Below are positions 29,886-44,182 of a stretch of 64,000 bases of DNA, one piece after another. Under the pieces are notes generated by a model, which worked only from the letters and a program-made list of their open reading frames with translations, did not search any database and had not been told where the DNA came from. The position numbers and the translations under genes are program-made. Location: NCBI GenBank assembly GCA_951406725.2, contig OX597818.1:68634001-68698000 (forward strand). The letters are read 5' to 3'. Source of the DNA: Octopus vulgaris (Eukaryota). Position 1 is the stretch's first letter. The number at the start of each line of letters is the position of its first letter.

Positions 29886-31694
29886 TTATGCAAATAATAA
29901 TAATTCACCCACTCGTTCACTATTACTTCTTTATTATTTGTCAATAAAGAAGTGTTATTGAACCAATTCATGTGCTATCATTATAAGCATAATGACCCAC
30001 CCAAGACACAACAATATATATATATATGTCTGTGTGTTTGGTGTGTGTGTGTGTAATATGGTCATTCCATATTTCAGTAAGTTATGTGTAAAAGGTCGAC
30101 TCTGATGATCCCACTGTGATGTGATATATTATTCCAGTCCTGACCATCCCACTGAAATGTATTCATTAGTACATTATACAATGTGTTGTAGTGATGAAAG
30201 AGAATAAAATGAGGGAGATTTGGTTGCTGTTTCTTGGATGTCAATCACCACAATATAGGTTCCTCTTTAATTAGTCAAACACACATAGATTGAGAAACTG
30301 TTCGATGTCATGATGCAAATGTTTAACAGGATTGGTTCAGTGAGTAATTTGATGATAGTGATTAGGAAAGAAGGCAAAACTTTGCCAAGCAGGAACCCTT
30401 TCATTCAAAGCCTGTGGCAGCATATAAAACAAGACGCACAAACAACGGAGGATGATATTGTATGACATGGACAAAAATTATAGGAAAAAACAAACTGCTG
30501 CAAGCACTTACGCAAACATCCAAATTTACATATGTATCCAGCATGTGCTGACAAGAAAATGTCAATATTTCACAGAAAATTTATATAAAAAGAAATTATA
30601 GATGTAAGAAAAAAAAAAAACAGTAAGTTAAAGAAAATAGACCTAAAGAAGCCCCCCCCCCCAAAAAAAAACTGTTTTGAAAAGTGTTCCTAATTTTCCT
30701 TCAAAGATTTAGTTTTATCACGGCTTCATATTTTCCAAACCTATTTTAAACTTCTTTGGTTCTTCTGAAAATATTGATGCAGAAACTGTTCGGAATAAAA
30801 TGATCTCTGAAATTCCATTCATATTCTTTCAAAGAATGAGAAAAAAAAAAAATGTAAAGAAGAAATTCAATCCCATCATACATTGCATATTCTGACTGTA
30901 TTTTTTTTTTTGTTTATTCCTACAAGAATTTCAGGCAAATTCTTATGCCTTCAGCAGAGTGTAGTTATAATAATTGTGCAATTGGCAAAAAAATAAAAGT
31001 TGGACAAAATTGAAAGAAAATTTAAGTGATGTCAATTTTGCAAGCAAATAACTGGTTTGTTTGGGGGTTTTTTGTGATATAAGTTGAGTTGGATGCAAGA
31101 GTGCATGTGCGGTTGTCTTTTAAATTATATTAATAATTATTGATTTCTTTTTCTGGTGCACATGCATGCATACATACACACACACGTGCATGGATAGATT
31201 CAGAGACAGGTAGAGAGATATAACAAACAATGCATATACAGATATACATGTGTGTGTGTGACTGTGTGTGTGTATATGTATGTATATTATGTATATATAG
31301 ATATATATATATATATATATATACACAGCCTATTAGACAAACAAATAGAGAGAGAGAGAGAGACAGATAGACAGGCAGACAAGCAGACAGACAGCTAGAT
31401 AGATAGAGATATTCCAGAGTCTATGTGCATGTATGTGTGTGAATAGAATTGCTGATAGATATGTTAAAGAATACATCTATGTTTCTCACTCTTTATCACT
31501 TTCTCTCTCTCTTTCTTCGTATACACACACACACACACACATATATATATGTGCACACACATACATATGCGTGGGGTATGTCATAAAAATTAATTGAAGT
31601 GTTATAGCTCAATTAATTAAGACTAGCAGAAGAATTGAACAAAAATCAAACCATTGTATTGAGCTCTCATCAGCCTGGAGAACACCCTCAACAG

Positions 31695-31758
<64 letters not shown>

Positions 31759-31879
31759 ACATGTTGGCATCTAAGGAAACTAAGGAAACTAAGGGTAGAG
31801 GAATGGTTTGTGCATGCAATGTACAGGAATGCTGTCAGTGAGGTGAAAGTGAGCAATGAGTACAGCAAAGGATTTAGTG

Positions 31880-32220
31880 TTTAGTTAGGAGTTGAGCAGG
31901 GCTTCATTTTTAATCCCCTTGCATTCATCATACTCCTCTAAGCCAGAACAGGAGTTGCCCTTGGAAAATTCAATATACTGATGATGTTGTTCTTATAGCA
32001 GAATCTATATTAGAACTAGGAAAGAAATTCCAGGTGTTGAAGCAAAACTTGGAGCCAAAATATCTTCAAGTTAACTTAGCAATAAACCTAAGTTCTAGCA
32101 AGCAGGAAAAGAGATAGGGTTATTTCCCTAGGAAAAATAGCCTGGTTTGATATTTAAGAAAAGGGGTAAGTAGAAATTCCATACAGTGTTCTCTGTACAA
32201 GCTATGGACAGATAAGAGCT
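31880..32220 (+). pseudogene. Degenerate RTE reverse transcriptase fragment
   Basis: CPWKIQYTDDVVLIAESILELGKKFQVLKQNLE resembles the YADD region and overlaps the start of the RTE ORF at 25.6 kb (ELEQKFQVWK). Confidence 0.7.
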
Positions 32221-32312
32221 ATAATTATTATTTATATCAGTAAAACTGGTGCGTTTAGTTTTGTGAGTAAATGTCAATCTGGAAAAGCTGAGATTTTCAG
32301 AAAAAGAAATTA

Positions 32313-33186
32313 AGGAGCAAACTGCTGCATTACAACTACAACCTGTAAGTGGAACAGTAAAAATATGCAAGACTTTCCTCAAGTTTAAAATGTGACCTTG
32401 TCTTTGATATCCACATTCCAATGATGGAGCTTCGTGTCTTTATTAGAAATGAATTCCTTCTTCAGAGAAAGAATTTAAATAATTCTTGAATTGTAAAGAT
32501 CTGATTGGATGTGACATGATAGCAGCCAGTGCCATGGAGAGAACAATGTAGTTGCAGTAAAGATTATTTGCTAACATAACATGGCAGTCCTGGTTTAGGA
32601 CGAATGTTGCTGTAATTTAGCCCCAGGAAACATCGTCTCCAGCTGGTTATACGACACGATCTGTGTCTTTATATTTTCGAACAAGGGAATCTAGCAACCC
32701 CACTCAGCTCAAAACAATATCTGTGTATTGTGATTTTTGGGTTATTTCCCTTCATCAGCACAGAATCACTGTTCAGCTGATGAAGAGAAATAACCCGGAA
32801 ATCACGATACACAGATATTGTTTTGAGCTGAGTGGGGTTGCTAGATTCCCTTGTTCGAAAATATAAAAACACAGATCGTGTCATATAACCAGCTGGAGAC
32901 GATGTTTCCTGGGGCTAAATTACAGCAACATTCGTCCTAAACCAGGACTGCCATGTTATGTTGGCAAATAATCTTTACTCTAATGTACTGTTGCTGAATA
33001 TCTCTCATTGTGAGATTTTAGGAGCAAACTGCTGCATTACAACTACAACCTGTAAGTGGAACAGTAAAAATATGCAAGACTTTCCTCAAGTTTAAAATGT
33101 GACCTTGTCTTTGATATCCACATTCCAATGATGGAGCTTCGTGTCTTTATTAGAAATGAATTCCTTCTTCAGAGAAAGAATTTAAA
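32313..33186. repeat. 167-bp direct duplication (32313-32479 = 33020-33186)
   Basis: aggagcaaactgctgc...gaaagaatttaaa occurs twice, apparently identical. Confidence 0.9.
32556..32979. mobile_element. Fold-back mini-element B: ~205-bp inverted arms with hammerhead motifs facing the centre
   Basis: Near-perfect palindrome with ~16-bp spacer; the two arms combine to UCUGUG CUGAUGA AGGG aaauaa CCCG GAAA UC AC GA UA CACAGA. Confidence 0.8.
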
Positions 33187-34024
33187 GAATTTAGCAAACT
33201 ACATTTTCTAATGTAGTTGCAGTAGAAAAAAAGCAATGTCTTGGAGTGTATAATATCTGTGGGAGTGTAACAGATAACATTGCCAAATAAGAAGCAATAA
33301 CCTGTTGAGGTAATATCATGTCACAGAGAATGGAATGGATTGAAGTCTTGTGCAGAAATGAAACCCAATCTCCATTTCACTGGTTGAATTTCAATTAAAT
33401 ATTTGTTTTGTTCATCAGATATATTTTTGCATCTTGTTGCATCTGGATGTTGAAAATGTAGCATTTATAATTTCCCATGATGCAGCAGAAGGGAATCTAA
33501 AAGACACTTCAAAATAATCATAGCAAATACTCATACATTTCATTGTATTCACACACACTTTTATGATCCTTTTGGAACTCCTCAGAACTAAAAGGTTCTT
33601 GACCAATTCTCATCCTTTTTCCAAGACAGTGGTTTCCTCACTTTGAATAATGGATAAATCTCAATACTTTTGTTTCTGTTGTTGTTGTTCTTGTATTACT
33701 TCAAAGATACCTGACGTTTATCTTATTAGACTTTTCTTTTTTTTTTTTGTCTGCAATGGAACCCATCAATATTGCTATTTCTATGGAATCATCTGATTGA
33801 TGCAAAGATCATGTGGATTATTATGTCGATATAACTTATTTTTACTGAAGTCGAGTCAATAATTTCGAATTTATACGTCCAAACCAGTTCTAGCACTGAA
33901 AACATAAGAAAAAGAAAGCCATTCAACCTTTCTAACTTTAGTCATAGAACTCTTACGCAATATTGTTTTGTCAATAGCTTGGTATTTAAGCACTTATTGT
34001 TTAGAAGAACTAAGATGAAAGAGA

Positions 34025-34067
<43 letters not shown>

Positions 34068-34969
34068 GAAAAGAGAGAAAGGAATGGAAAGAGAAAGAGT
34101 GTGTTGATGCTTTTGGTTTTGGAAACCAATTTCTCACACGCACCTATTTTGGTAGAAATATTAGTGCTGATGGAATTCTCTGCTTATATCAACTGAAAAG
34201 TTATTAAATCCAGCTGACTCTTAGATTGTCGACAAAGAAATTATTGGTTACTTTCGTGTTTCTTTGCTGTTGTAGACTTTAGCAATAACTACTAACAACT
34301 AGCTTTAATGTACGTTTTTGTCGTTTCCTTCTATGACATCCTTTGACTAGATTTTAATGTGTTTTTGTAAAAAAAGAGAGAAATCGATTGATATTACAGA
34401 TCAAATGACAGGCGCAATTTGAGATAGCCATTTTTTGGACAACAAAAGATGTCAGTTGTCGAAGCTGCTTAGATGAGAAGTAGTTTAAGTTGGGATAGAT
34501 TTCACTCGAATAGATATTTAAATGCTTCCTCTAGCTAATGGACATATTTCCCCAGTTTCTTCATAGCAGAAGAATAAATATTGATTGCGAAAGTCCTCAT
34601 GACATGAAATACCTTTTGTTTTCTAATCCAGCCTGAATAAACTGTTTCTCTGAAATATATCACAGAATTGTTTAGCTGAGTAAGATTGGTAAAACCATAA
34701 GAAATGTTCAAACACATTACGGCAAGTAGACTTATGATATCTGAGCTACCACGAAGAAGTCAATGAAGACATTCATTGTGCTAGAACTAGCAACCAAATT
34801 TCTCTCAATCTACTCAATTCTGTCTCAGTAAAGCAGACGTAAGAGGATGTAGTTCAAGTTATACTATGACAGGAAAGAACAAAACACTGGCAAAATAGTC
34901 ATAGAGGGAATGTATCTAATCACAGGTCTTCTCAGTTGGGGCTGTCTTGCAGTAATTATAGTTAACAGT

Positions 34970-35024
<55 letters not shown>

Positions 35025-35549
35025 AATCGTATGTTTATGTACACTTGAACAGGAGAACATTTTTCATTGCAGAAATAATAATGGAAAAAAGATTTTCTCA
35101 TAGACATTATGTGTGAAAACACATGACAGTGTTTTGAATGACATCACTGGACTGTGGGACACGTGCTTTTCAGCCTCATTACACTTCATCAGCTGCAATT
35201 ACCAAATCAGTCCTGCATAACCCTGTAAGAATAACTGTTCTTACAAATAAAAACAGCAACGAATACATTTGCTGGTGTGTGCAAAGCTTGGTTCAGCTGG
35301 AATTAATTGATTAAAGCATGCACACACACAACGCAAAAGCAAAAGCACAAATGCATATACACATACACAAACACCCACACACACATCCCCCTCATCATCA
35401 TTTTAATGTCCACTTTTCCATGCTTTTGTGCATCGGATGATATTTATTGAAGCAGATTTTCTGTGGCCAGATAGATGTATGTATGTAAAACTGTATATGT
35501 GTGTGTATGTGTATATGCGTGTGTGTGTATATATATTTATATATATAAT

Positions 35550-35800
35550 TCCTCATGTGCAGCCAGCTTGAGAGTGGGCACAGGAATGTTAGTCGCCCAT
35601 GGCTCAGATGTAAGGACAATCTGAAGGGTGACTCCTTAGAAATGAAGATAGCTCACAACACCTTTGAGTGTACAGCCTTGGAACGGGCAAAATGGAGATT
35701 GATGGGTCAAAACAGGCTTCAGGTTGCAAGGCAAAAGGAGAAAAGTGGCTGCAAATATACCACCTGCACTGACCTGTAATCTTCTTACTGGCAGCATCTG
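35550..35800 (+). pseudogene. RTE-BovB 3' fragment
   Basis: SQLESGHRNVSRPWLRCKDNLK...FECTALERAKWR resembles GELxxGxRxxGRPxxRYKDxLK...WExxAxDRxxWR. Confidence 0.7.
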
Positions 35801-35841
35801 TGGTCTACTTCGCAAATTGTTGATGGAATTAAATGTTACCT

Positions 35842-36157
35842 ATTTCTTTACTGCCCACAAGGGGCTACACACAGAGGGGACAATCAAGGACTGACAAATG
35901 GATTAAGTTGATTATATTGACCCCAGTGTGTAACTGGTACTTATTTAATCGACCTTGTTTCAATCATTTGACTGTGGCCATGCTGGAGCACCTCCTTTAG
36001 TCGAGCAAATCAACTCCAGGACTTAGTCTTTGTAAGCCTAGTACTTATTCTATTGGTCTCTTTTGCTGAACCGCTAAGTTACAGGGACGTAAACACACCA
36101 GCATTGGTTGTCAAGCGATGTTGGGGGGTCAAACACAAATACTCAGACATACACAGG

Positions 36158-36200
<43 letters not shown>

Positions 36201-36346
36201 GACAGGCTTCTTTCAGTTTCTGTCTATCAAATCCACTCACAAGGCTTTGGTCGGCCTAAGGCTGTAGTAGAAGGCGCCATGCAATGGGACCGAACCCGGA
36301 ACTATGTAGTTGGTAAGCAAGCTACTTACCGTACAGCCACTCCTAC
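35842..36346 (-). mobile_element. SINE family 1 tail plus SINE family 2 copy
   Basis: Reverse complements of the family sequences described above. Confidence 0.8.
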
Positions 36347-36380
36347 GCTTAGCTACTTCCCACACAGTGACACCTATGCC

Positions 36381-36433
<53 letters not shown>

Positions 36434-37299
36434 GTAAATATATGTGTATGTATGTATGTATGTGTATGTATGTATGTATGTATTCATAAATATATATATG
36501 AATAAAAAAGCTTTATTTTTCAACATAAGAAGAAAATATTTTTGTTAGATATTTCAACATACAAAAATAAAAATACAAAATTATGTTTTTTTTATAAAGA
36601 AGTTTTCATAGGAAAGTTTTATTGTTAAATTATTAGTGTATACTTTCACAAGGTGAGTTTGCACAAAAATGAGAATCGCATTTTGCGGTAAAGTTTTTGC
36701 ATAAAAATATTCTTCAATAAAAACATTTTAGTGAATAAATTTTAGTGCCTGTTTAACTGAAAAAAGTTTTGGAAGAGAAAGAAATTCATATTATACAAAC
36801 CGGTTTCACTACCGTCAGCACAAAGTTTAAAGTATGTTCTTTAATGCAATTTAGTTCATGTGGAGAAAGAAACATGTGGGATTAAATTTTATGCAGCCAT
36901 TTTGCATATATCATTTCAAAGATAAACGTTGCAGCCAACAGTTTATGGGCCTTAATGTCACCTACGTGATTTTGATAAGAGCCTATGTTGATTAATATTT
37001 TCTGAAAATAATATTTTTACTCGAAAAAAATAGAGGGTTTCTTTTAAAAGGGGGAAGGGTGTTCATTAAAATATCAGGCAAAAGTATAAAGAATCAGACT
37101 TCTGCTTTACAAAAAAAAACTTTACTTTTTCCCAAAAGGTGTGGGTTTTTTTTTATGTTGCTAGGTTGCCACATATGCTGGTGTTAGTTGAATTGCTTAA
37201 TTTTTCTGTCCAAATCCAGTGAAGTTTCTAATTCTTATATTTCATATAATTATTCACACATGTTTCTATACGCACTCACATATGCATCGATTGTTTATA

Positions 37300-37840
37300 A
37301 TAAAATAATAATAATAATAACACATTGTGTACAGTGCTCAGGTGCACTACAACTCATCTAAAGTGTGTGTATAGTACATAGGGTAATGTACAAGCGTCAG
37401 GAAAAGAACAGTGCATGAGTCATGACATACACATATGTGTATGAGTATGGAAGGGGGACAATCAGGTGTAGTTTCGGCGGATTTCGGAAAGCATGAGGGC
37501 CTTAGAGGATGCAGTGTCATGGCAGTCGACAACTGACGCAGGCAGTTTGTTCCATGCTTCAGCAACTCTGAGCATGAAAAAATGTTTCCAAAAGTCATGG
37601 AAGCTGTGCTGCTTTCTGACTTTGTAGGCATGTCCACGTGTGTTAGACACATGGAGATCAAAAAAGTGTTCCGTGTTGTTGGTGGTGAGGTGGTTGATAA
37701 CTTTGCGGGTGTTTACCAAGTCCATAACCAGATGCCGGAGCTTCAGTGAATCCATGCCCAGGGAAACAAGGCACTCAGGTGTCTGATGGAGGGTATGCGT
37801 TTGGTTGCACGTCTCTGAACAGATTCTAGGAGGTCATCTT
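37300..37840 (-). mobile_element. CR1-clade LINE 3' end
   Basis: Minus ORF NTRGHAYKVRKQ...KHFFMLRVAEAWNKLPASVV is the CR1-type TRGH...FFxxRVxxxWNxLP C-terminus; (TTA)n tail. Confidence 0.88.
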
Positions 37841-37999
37841 CCATAAGATATTTTTACCGTTCTTTTCTCATAAATTCTGTGCATGACATTTGAATTCATA
37901 AATTGAATGTGGAGATAGAGGTTGACACATTTCTCTTGCCAGCTGGGATACATGTTAGCCCCAAGGTAAGGTCTTGTTTTGGTTTCTATCTACAAGAAT

Positions 38000-38063
38000 A
38001 TTCCCCTGATGAAAAGAATGAGTCCCTTAATAGGTCCCTAACATTGAAATTGCAATAGGGAAT
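38000..38063 (+). ncRNA. Minimal hammerhead ribozyme motif (stem II decayed)
   Basis: AUUCCC CUGAUGA ... GAAA UUGCAA UA GGGAAU: stem I AUUCCC/GGGAAU, palindromic stem III AUUGCAAU. Confidence 0.6.
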
Positions 38064-38417
38064 TAACCAGTTGTGGATTCTATTTGTCATATCACCCACA
38101 GATGGCTTTTATCGTAAAGAGAAATAATATGAGTGATTTAAATGGCTTTATAGAGGTTTTGACTGCTATTTCTAAACATGTAATGGTTTTGAAACCCTCT
38201 TAGTTATAATTGTGACTTGTTCATAATTATAAACATTCTTCTACATTATTTTATGATAACATGTTTGGCCATTGATATGTTCAAAATTATCAATTGTTTA
38301 GAATATATCCTCCATATTTTTACATTACTTTTTAAATATATAGCTATGTGTATACATAATGCACCTGTTTGTTGTTCCTTACCTGTCTTTGTCTTTTGTT
38401 TTCTGTAAATTTGAACC

Positions 38418-38491
<74 letters not shown>

Positions 38492-38890
38492 CACATGTAC
38501 ACACAGGACATATTCGCTAATAATATACATACCTGTATACAGACATTTTACCTACGTATACAGACAGGAAGATAAACCACCATTCATACATTCGCAACAA
38601 TATACACAAACGACATTAATACAAACATATTAACAAATATATTTGAGTTCATTTTCAGTCAGAGCAGCTAATGGTGTCCGTTATGCTATTGTTATGAGTT
38701 TGTAGAAGTTTGCATTAATGGCACCAACTGGAAGAACATTGTGGGAATATTGTCAGTGACGTGTGCTAATTAAAGCATAGGACATTCAGATTCGGTTTGC
38801 ATTTGTTAATAAAATATATTTCTTCATTATTCCATTGTTGTTCCATCGTTGGGTTGCTACACTGAGGGAACAGGAAGACTGAATGGTTTG

Positions 38891-39080
38891 GTATGTATGT
38901 ATGTATGTGTGTGTGTATGTATGTATGTATGTATGTATGTATGTATGTATGTGTGTGTGTATGTATGTACGTACGTATGTATGTATGTATGTATGTATGT
39001 ACGTACGTACGTATGTATGTATGTATGTATGTATTTATACATATATATATAGGTAGATATATATCTATCCATCTATAGAT

Positions 39081-39168
<88 letters not shown>

Positions 39169-39181
39169 GATAGATAGATAG
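38891..39181. repeat. (GTAT)n and (GATA)n microsatellites
   Basis: Directly visible. Confidence 0.95.
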
Positions 39182-39479
39182 AGGAAAATGATCTTTAGGT
39201 TGTTAAAATATGTTTGCAACATACTTCAACTTCCAAAAGTAAATTCTCTGCAGTTACCATGGAGAAATATTCTGTATTATGGTAAAAGCTAAGAAAGGAG
39301 TAGAAACATCAAATCTGCCAAGTCCTTTCCTTATCAGACTCCCAGATGGCCGTTTCTGGCTTTTTAGTCTTCCTTAATAGGAAATACTGAAGAGAGATAA
39401 CCCTGGGCAGATTTAAACCCATAGCTTTCACCAAAACCACCTGTGCTATTTGACTACCAGGTCAATCTAAATATACCAG

Positions 39480-39935
39480 CATCAGTGCCAAGCAGAGATA
39501 AAAAAAACAGCTACTTAGAAATCAAATAAGGGAAGGACTGGGCAGATGTGGTGTTTTTGCATCTCTTATCATAAGAGAGAAAGGATCTTCAGACGTTGGG
39601 CCTCACAGGATGGATGATAGGGTACTGGGACTCGTAGTGGTTTTCTGTGCTTGAGAAGACATGACAAGCTAAGTAAATGCTTCGTTGTCCTTGCATAGGG
39701 GCTCATCCCCTGCAACCCCTTCCAGCCAAGCATCCCCAATCTTGCGGATTCATGGGTTCTGGTGCCACATTAAAAGCAACTGTACCAGTGCTGTGTAAAT
39801 GCACCTGCACTGGTGCTGCATAAAAGCACCCAGTGCACTCTGTAAAATATTTGGGATTACGAAGGGATTAGGATTAGGATTAGGAAGGGCATTCAGCCAT
39901 AAAAACAATGCCAAAACAGACATGGAGCCTGGGCA
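39480..39935 (+). mobile_element. Old RTE 3' remnant
   Basis: Decayed ...WADVV coding end followed by UTR motifs tgcttgagaagac and aggaagggcattcagcc. Confidence 0.55.
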
Positions 39936-40849
39936 GAAGAGTTTGTCAGAAGAATCTACGTAATCTTAGAAGAGTTGTGGAATCTCAGCCACAGAGAATG
40001 GCATCTCATACCTGTGAAGATGGTGAAGGATTTGTATGCATCTCTTCTCAGGTGCATTGAAGCAATTATTCAAGCTAAGGGAAGCCACACGAAATATTAA
40101 CAATTTACAGTAACTTCTGGAAACGAACATCATGGAATAAATTCTCATTATAGACATTTTTCTGTTTTAAAACACTGTATCTCGATTGGTTTAAAACTTT
40201 TGCACGACAGGTTTTGGTGGTTGTCCTGGATCTTCCCCTCTCCTTCAGAATCCCTACAACAAAATATAATGGTTATGTATGGAAGGAAAGGACTCCAACG
40301 GGGCTATGTTTCATCTGTAAAATATGTGATGCAAAACAACCACTTATAAGTTGGCAATTAACAGAAATTTACAATAGTTTGAAGTAGCCAAAGACTTTTG
40401 CACAGCATTGAATATATGTCCATACATACATACATACATACATACATGCATGCATGCATACATACATACATACATACATACATACATACATACATACATA
40501 CATACATACATACATAGATGCATACAAAAGTACTATCCAATGGTTGCAACTCAATTTTGAGGAATGCTATTAATACCTGTTCTATTAAAGATCTGAATTT
40601 TCAGTACTGCAAGGCACTTGCACTTTTTTGTACTGATGTGACAATGATGGGTGCCTCTTGCAGTAGTTGTTACTATATTTTTACGTAGACCTTCATATAA
40701 TAACCACTCCACCTTCTGACACTCATTTATCTTCCAGACTCCCTGCATGAAAATATGCTGAATAATGGATAACTAACAACCATACACTGCATTTGGCCTC
40801 TCTGATGACTTCTATGGCCTGCCTTGCATAGAGAGGCATGCATTCACTC

Positions 40850-41690
40850 ATTAAAAGTTACAATGGGCTGTGCACCAACATACTCAGGCAAATTCACATT
40901 GAGATGCTTTGTGAAGATCTCCCTTGAGCTGTTCATGCTTGATAAAATTTTGTTTGGATTCTCTCCTCCCATCATGCACTGCTTTCCAAAACAACGAACG
41001 ATCTAGAGCAGAGTTTTCCCAATTTATTTTCCAAAATTTTGATCTTTTCCACTTAATTTTCGATGCAATTCTTATGATTTAATTCTAGTTTGTATACTGG
41101 TCAGTTTCGTGGTGTCAGCTGACCATACACAAACTGCTTAGAGATCTAGCTGTCTTCCATCTGGATCACGTGACCACTCCATCACAATAAGTGCTTAAAT
41201 ACAAGAAGCTCTGAGCTGACAGACGGACTTCTTTCATGGACTTCATCATTATTTATTGGCATTTTCCACTGAATACCCAGCATACAACAGATGCAATGTT
41301 GGTGAAATTGCTCCAGCTTGTCCCTATGTCTATAATAAATAACACAGATTTCAGACGCACATAAAGTAATGAAGACAAAAAAATCTTAGAAATATTAGGT
41401 TTTTCAAAGAAAAAGAAAAAGAAACTGATGCAGATTCACCAAATCCATTCTATTAGTGGCACAATGAAGATCTGTAAGATATTCCAAAGATTTTCCCCTC
41501 TGAGATTCTTTAGATGAATAGATGAATACACTTGGGTGTATACATCAACAGTTCAACCAACACATCAACTCATCTGCATATTTACAAACACTGAGAACTT
41601 TCTTAACTCAAAACATCTTGTTGTTTAGTGAGGAATCGGTTTGACCTCTCTTAAGCAGAACTTGAACAAAACTCAAAGAAAGCTACATAC
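40850..41690 (-). pseudogene. Degenerate RTE-BovB fragment
   Basis: Minus strand GHVIQMEDS*ISKQFVYGQL resembles GHVxRMxDxRLPKQLLYGEL. Confidence 0.55.
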
Positions 41691-41694
41691 CATA

Positions 41695-42100
41695 TAGGCG
41701 CAGGACTGGCTGTGTGGTAAGTAGTTTTCTTACCAACCACATGGTTCCGGGTTCAGTCCCACTGTGTGGCACCTTAGGCAAGTGTCTTCTACTATAGCCT
41801 TGGGCTGACCAAAGCCTTGTGAGTGGATTGCGTAAACAGAAACTGAAAGAAGCCCGTCGTATATGTATATATATATATGTGTGTATATGCTTGTGTGTCT
41901 GTGTTTGTCACCCCAACATCACTTGAAAACCGATGCTGGTGTGTTTACGTCCCCGTAATTTAACAGTTTGGCAAAAGAAACCGATAGAATAAGTACTAGG
42001 CTTACAAAGCATAAGTCCTGGGGTCGAGTCGCTCGACTAAAGGTGGTGCTCCAGCATGGCCGCATTCAAATGACTGAAACAAGTAAAAGAGTAAAAGAGT
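41695..42100 (+). mobile_element. SINE family 2 full-length copy
   Basis: Colinear with 3938-4380. Confidence 0.88.
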
Positions 42101-43822
42101 ATACCTGCACACACACACATGACATGTCCCCTTTCAGTTTCCCTCCACCAAATCCATCCATTGTCAGCCTGTGGTTATAGTAGGAGACACTTGCTGAAGA
42201 TGTCACAAAACGGGAATGAAACGGAAATGACAAGGTTAGGAAGCCAGCTCCTTCACCACACAGCCACACCTGAACCATTCGGGGGGGGGGGGACTAAATG
42301 AATGAGCTCTCATTTGCAGCAGACTTCGGTAGTGACAAATAGAAAGCAATGACCCCCGAGTCTTTCTGTCTCCACTCAATTAATTACACCTTCTATGTTC
42401 ACCTGTAAAATGTTGCTGTGTCAGAGAAATGTTGGATTCTGTTCAATTCTCAAATAAACAAAACAAATGCAAAAATGAAAACAGAAAAGAAGAGACAAAG
42501 AAACCAACAAATGTATAGAAGTTGATTTCATGATTTTTACAATGTCCAAAATAACAAATGATGATTGTTCTAGAACAATTAATGTCACTTTATACTTTGA
42601 ATATATTTTTTTTCCTATGTATATTGAATATATATATTTGTTCCACAACAAAATGTTTCATATGTTGTATTTGTTGTTGCCGTTGGGTGATTTTGTTGTT
42701 GTTTTATCATTAAATTTTTGTCTTTGGTTGTTGTAACTAGTTTTATGAGAGTATATAAGAGGACAGCAGCCTTGAGCTATTTCAAACTTTATTTATAAAG
42801 AATACTTTTTATATACACTCTTGCATCATAGAGTGATTTATAGCATTGTAGTTGACTGTTTGGAATGGTTCCAATGTTTTCTCAGATTCTTAATAGCTGA
42901 AAGTTTGTATATCAAAATTATAACTTATCCTAAATATATTTTCCTCTAATAATATTTTAAGATGGTAGACACGTCTCACTAGCATTTGTGTTTGACTCAA
43001 AAAAGTTGAATTGAAAATAATGATTACAAGAAAACCAATAGTTATTAGCAGTTTTGCAGCTATATACCTGTTAAAAACACTAACCTTTTATCAGGTAATT
43101 TCGAAAATAGAGTAAAATATAAAATCATTTTACCATAAAGAAAATAATGTTTGAAATATAAATTAACATAAAATTTTAATGGAAAATTTTTTATATTGAT
43201 CTCTTGAAATGGATATTTTATATCAAAGAACCAGGGTGAGTCTCAAATAGGTTGGTACCAAAAGAATCGCTAAAAATGCAATCCCCAGGAACATTTTTTC
43301 TAAACAGCTTTGTCCTGGTTTTGTCTTTGTTTTAAGCCTTCAGTCTTCTTCCCAATTGTAACCTGACGAAGCAGAGAAAGACTGGTGCCATGCAACTGTT
43401 GAGGATCCATGTTTAGAGGCAGTTGTGTCGACATTTACCAAAGACATTCAGTTGTTCATCAAATGTCCGTTCTCTGATGCTCCCATGGGTTCGAAGAGGA
43501 AGGGTTCGGAAGGGGGCTTCACAGAGACATGCTTTTCCTGTCACCAACCCTTACATTTAATTGCTTTTCAAATAAAGAATTTCCTTATTAAGTTTTTGTA
43601 TTTGGTGGGGAAAAGAAGAAAGAAATTGACCATCAACGAGCGTAACAATAAATTTCCTTATTCCTCAGAACTTTCCATCACAGAACCAGCAGTCGTCATG
43701 CCAACATTATCTCTGCTTCACTCGAGTGGGGGACGCGCATAGAACAGGAACATTGATTCTCATTCACACACAAACACACAGACATATTCATAACAGATTC
43801 CATGATGTCACTGTCAATCTGT

Positions 43823-44070
43823 ATCATCATCATCATCATCATCACCAGCACCACCATCATTATCATCATCATCAGCAGCAGCAGCATTACTACCACCACC
43901 ACCACCACTATCATCATTATCATCATCATCATCATCATCATCATCCTCATCATCATCATCTTCATCATCATCATCACCACCACCACCACCACCACTATCA
44001 TCATTATCATCATCATCATCAGCAGCAGCAGCAGCAGCATTACCACCACCACTACCATCATCATCATCAT
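43823..44070. repeat. (CAT)n/(CAC)n/(CAG)n compound repeat with an internal ~130-bp duplication
   Basis: Directly visible. Confidence 0.9.
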
Positions 44071-44182
44071 CCTTTAACATTCATTTTCCATGCTGGCATG
44101 CATCTGTCTAGCTATCCCAATGTGCATGTGTATGTGTGCATATGTGCATATATGCATATGTATATTTATGTCTGTGTGTGTG

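Noticed and set aside
32663-32884. Two near-identical short ORFs on opposite strands
   Set aside because: A by-product of the palindrome.
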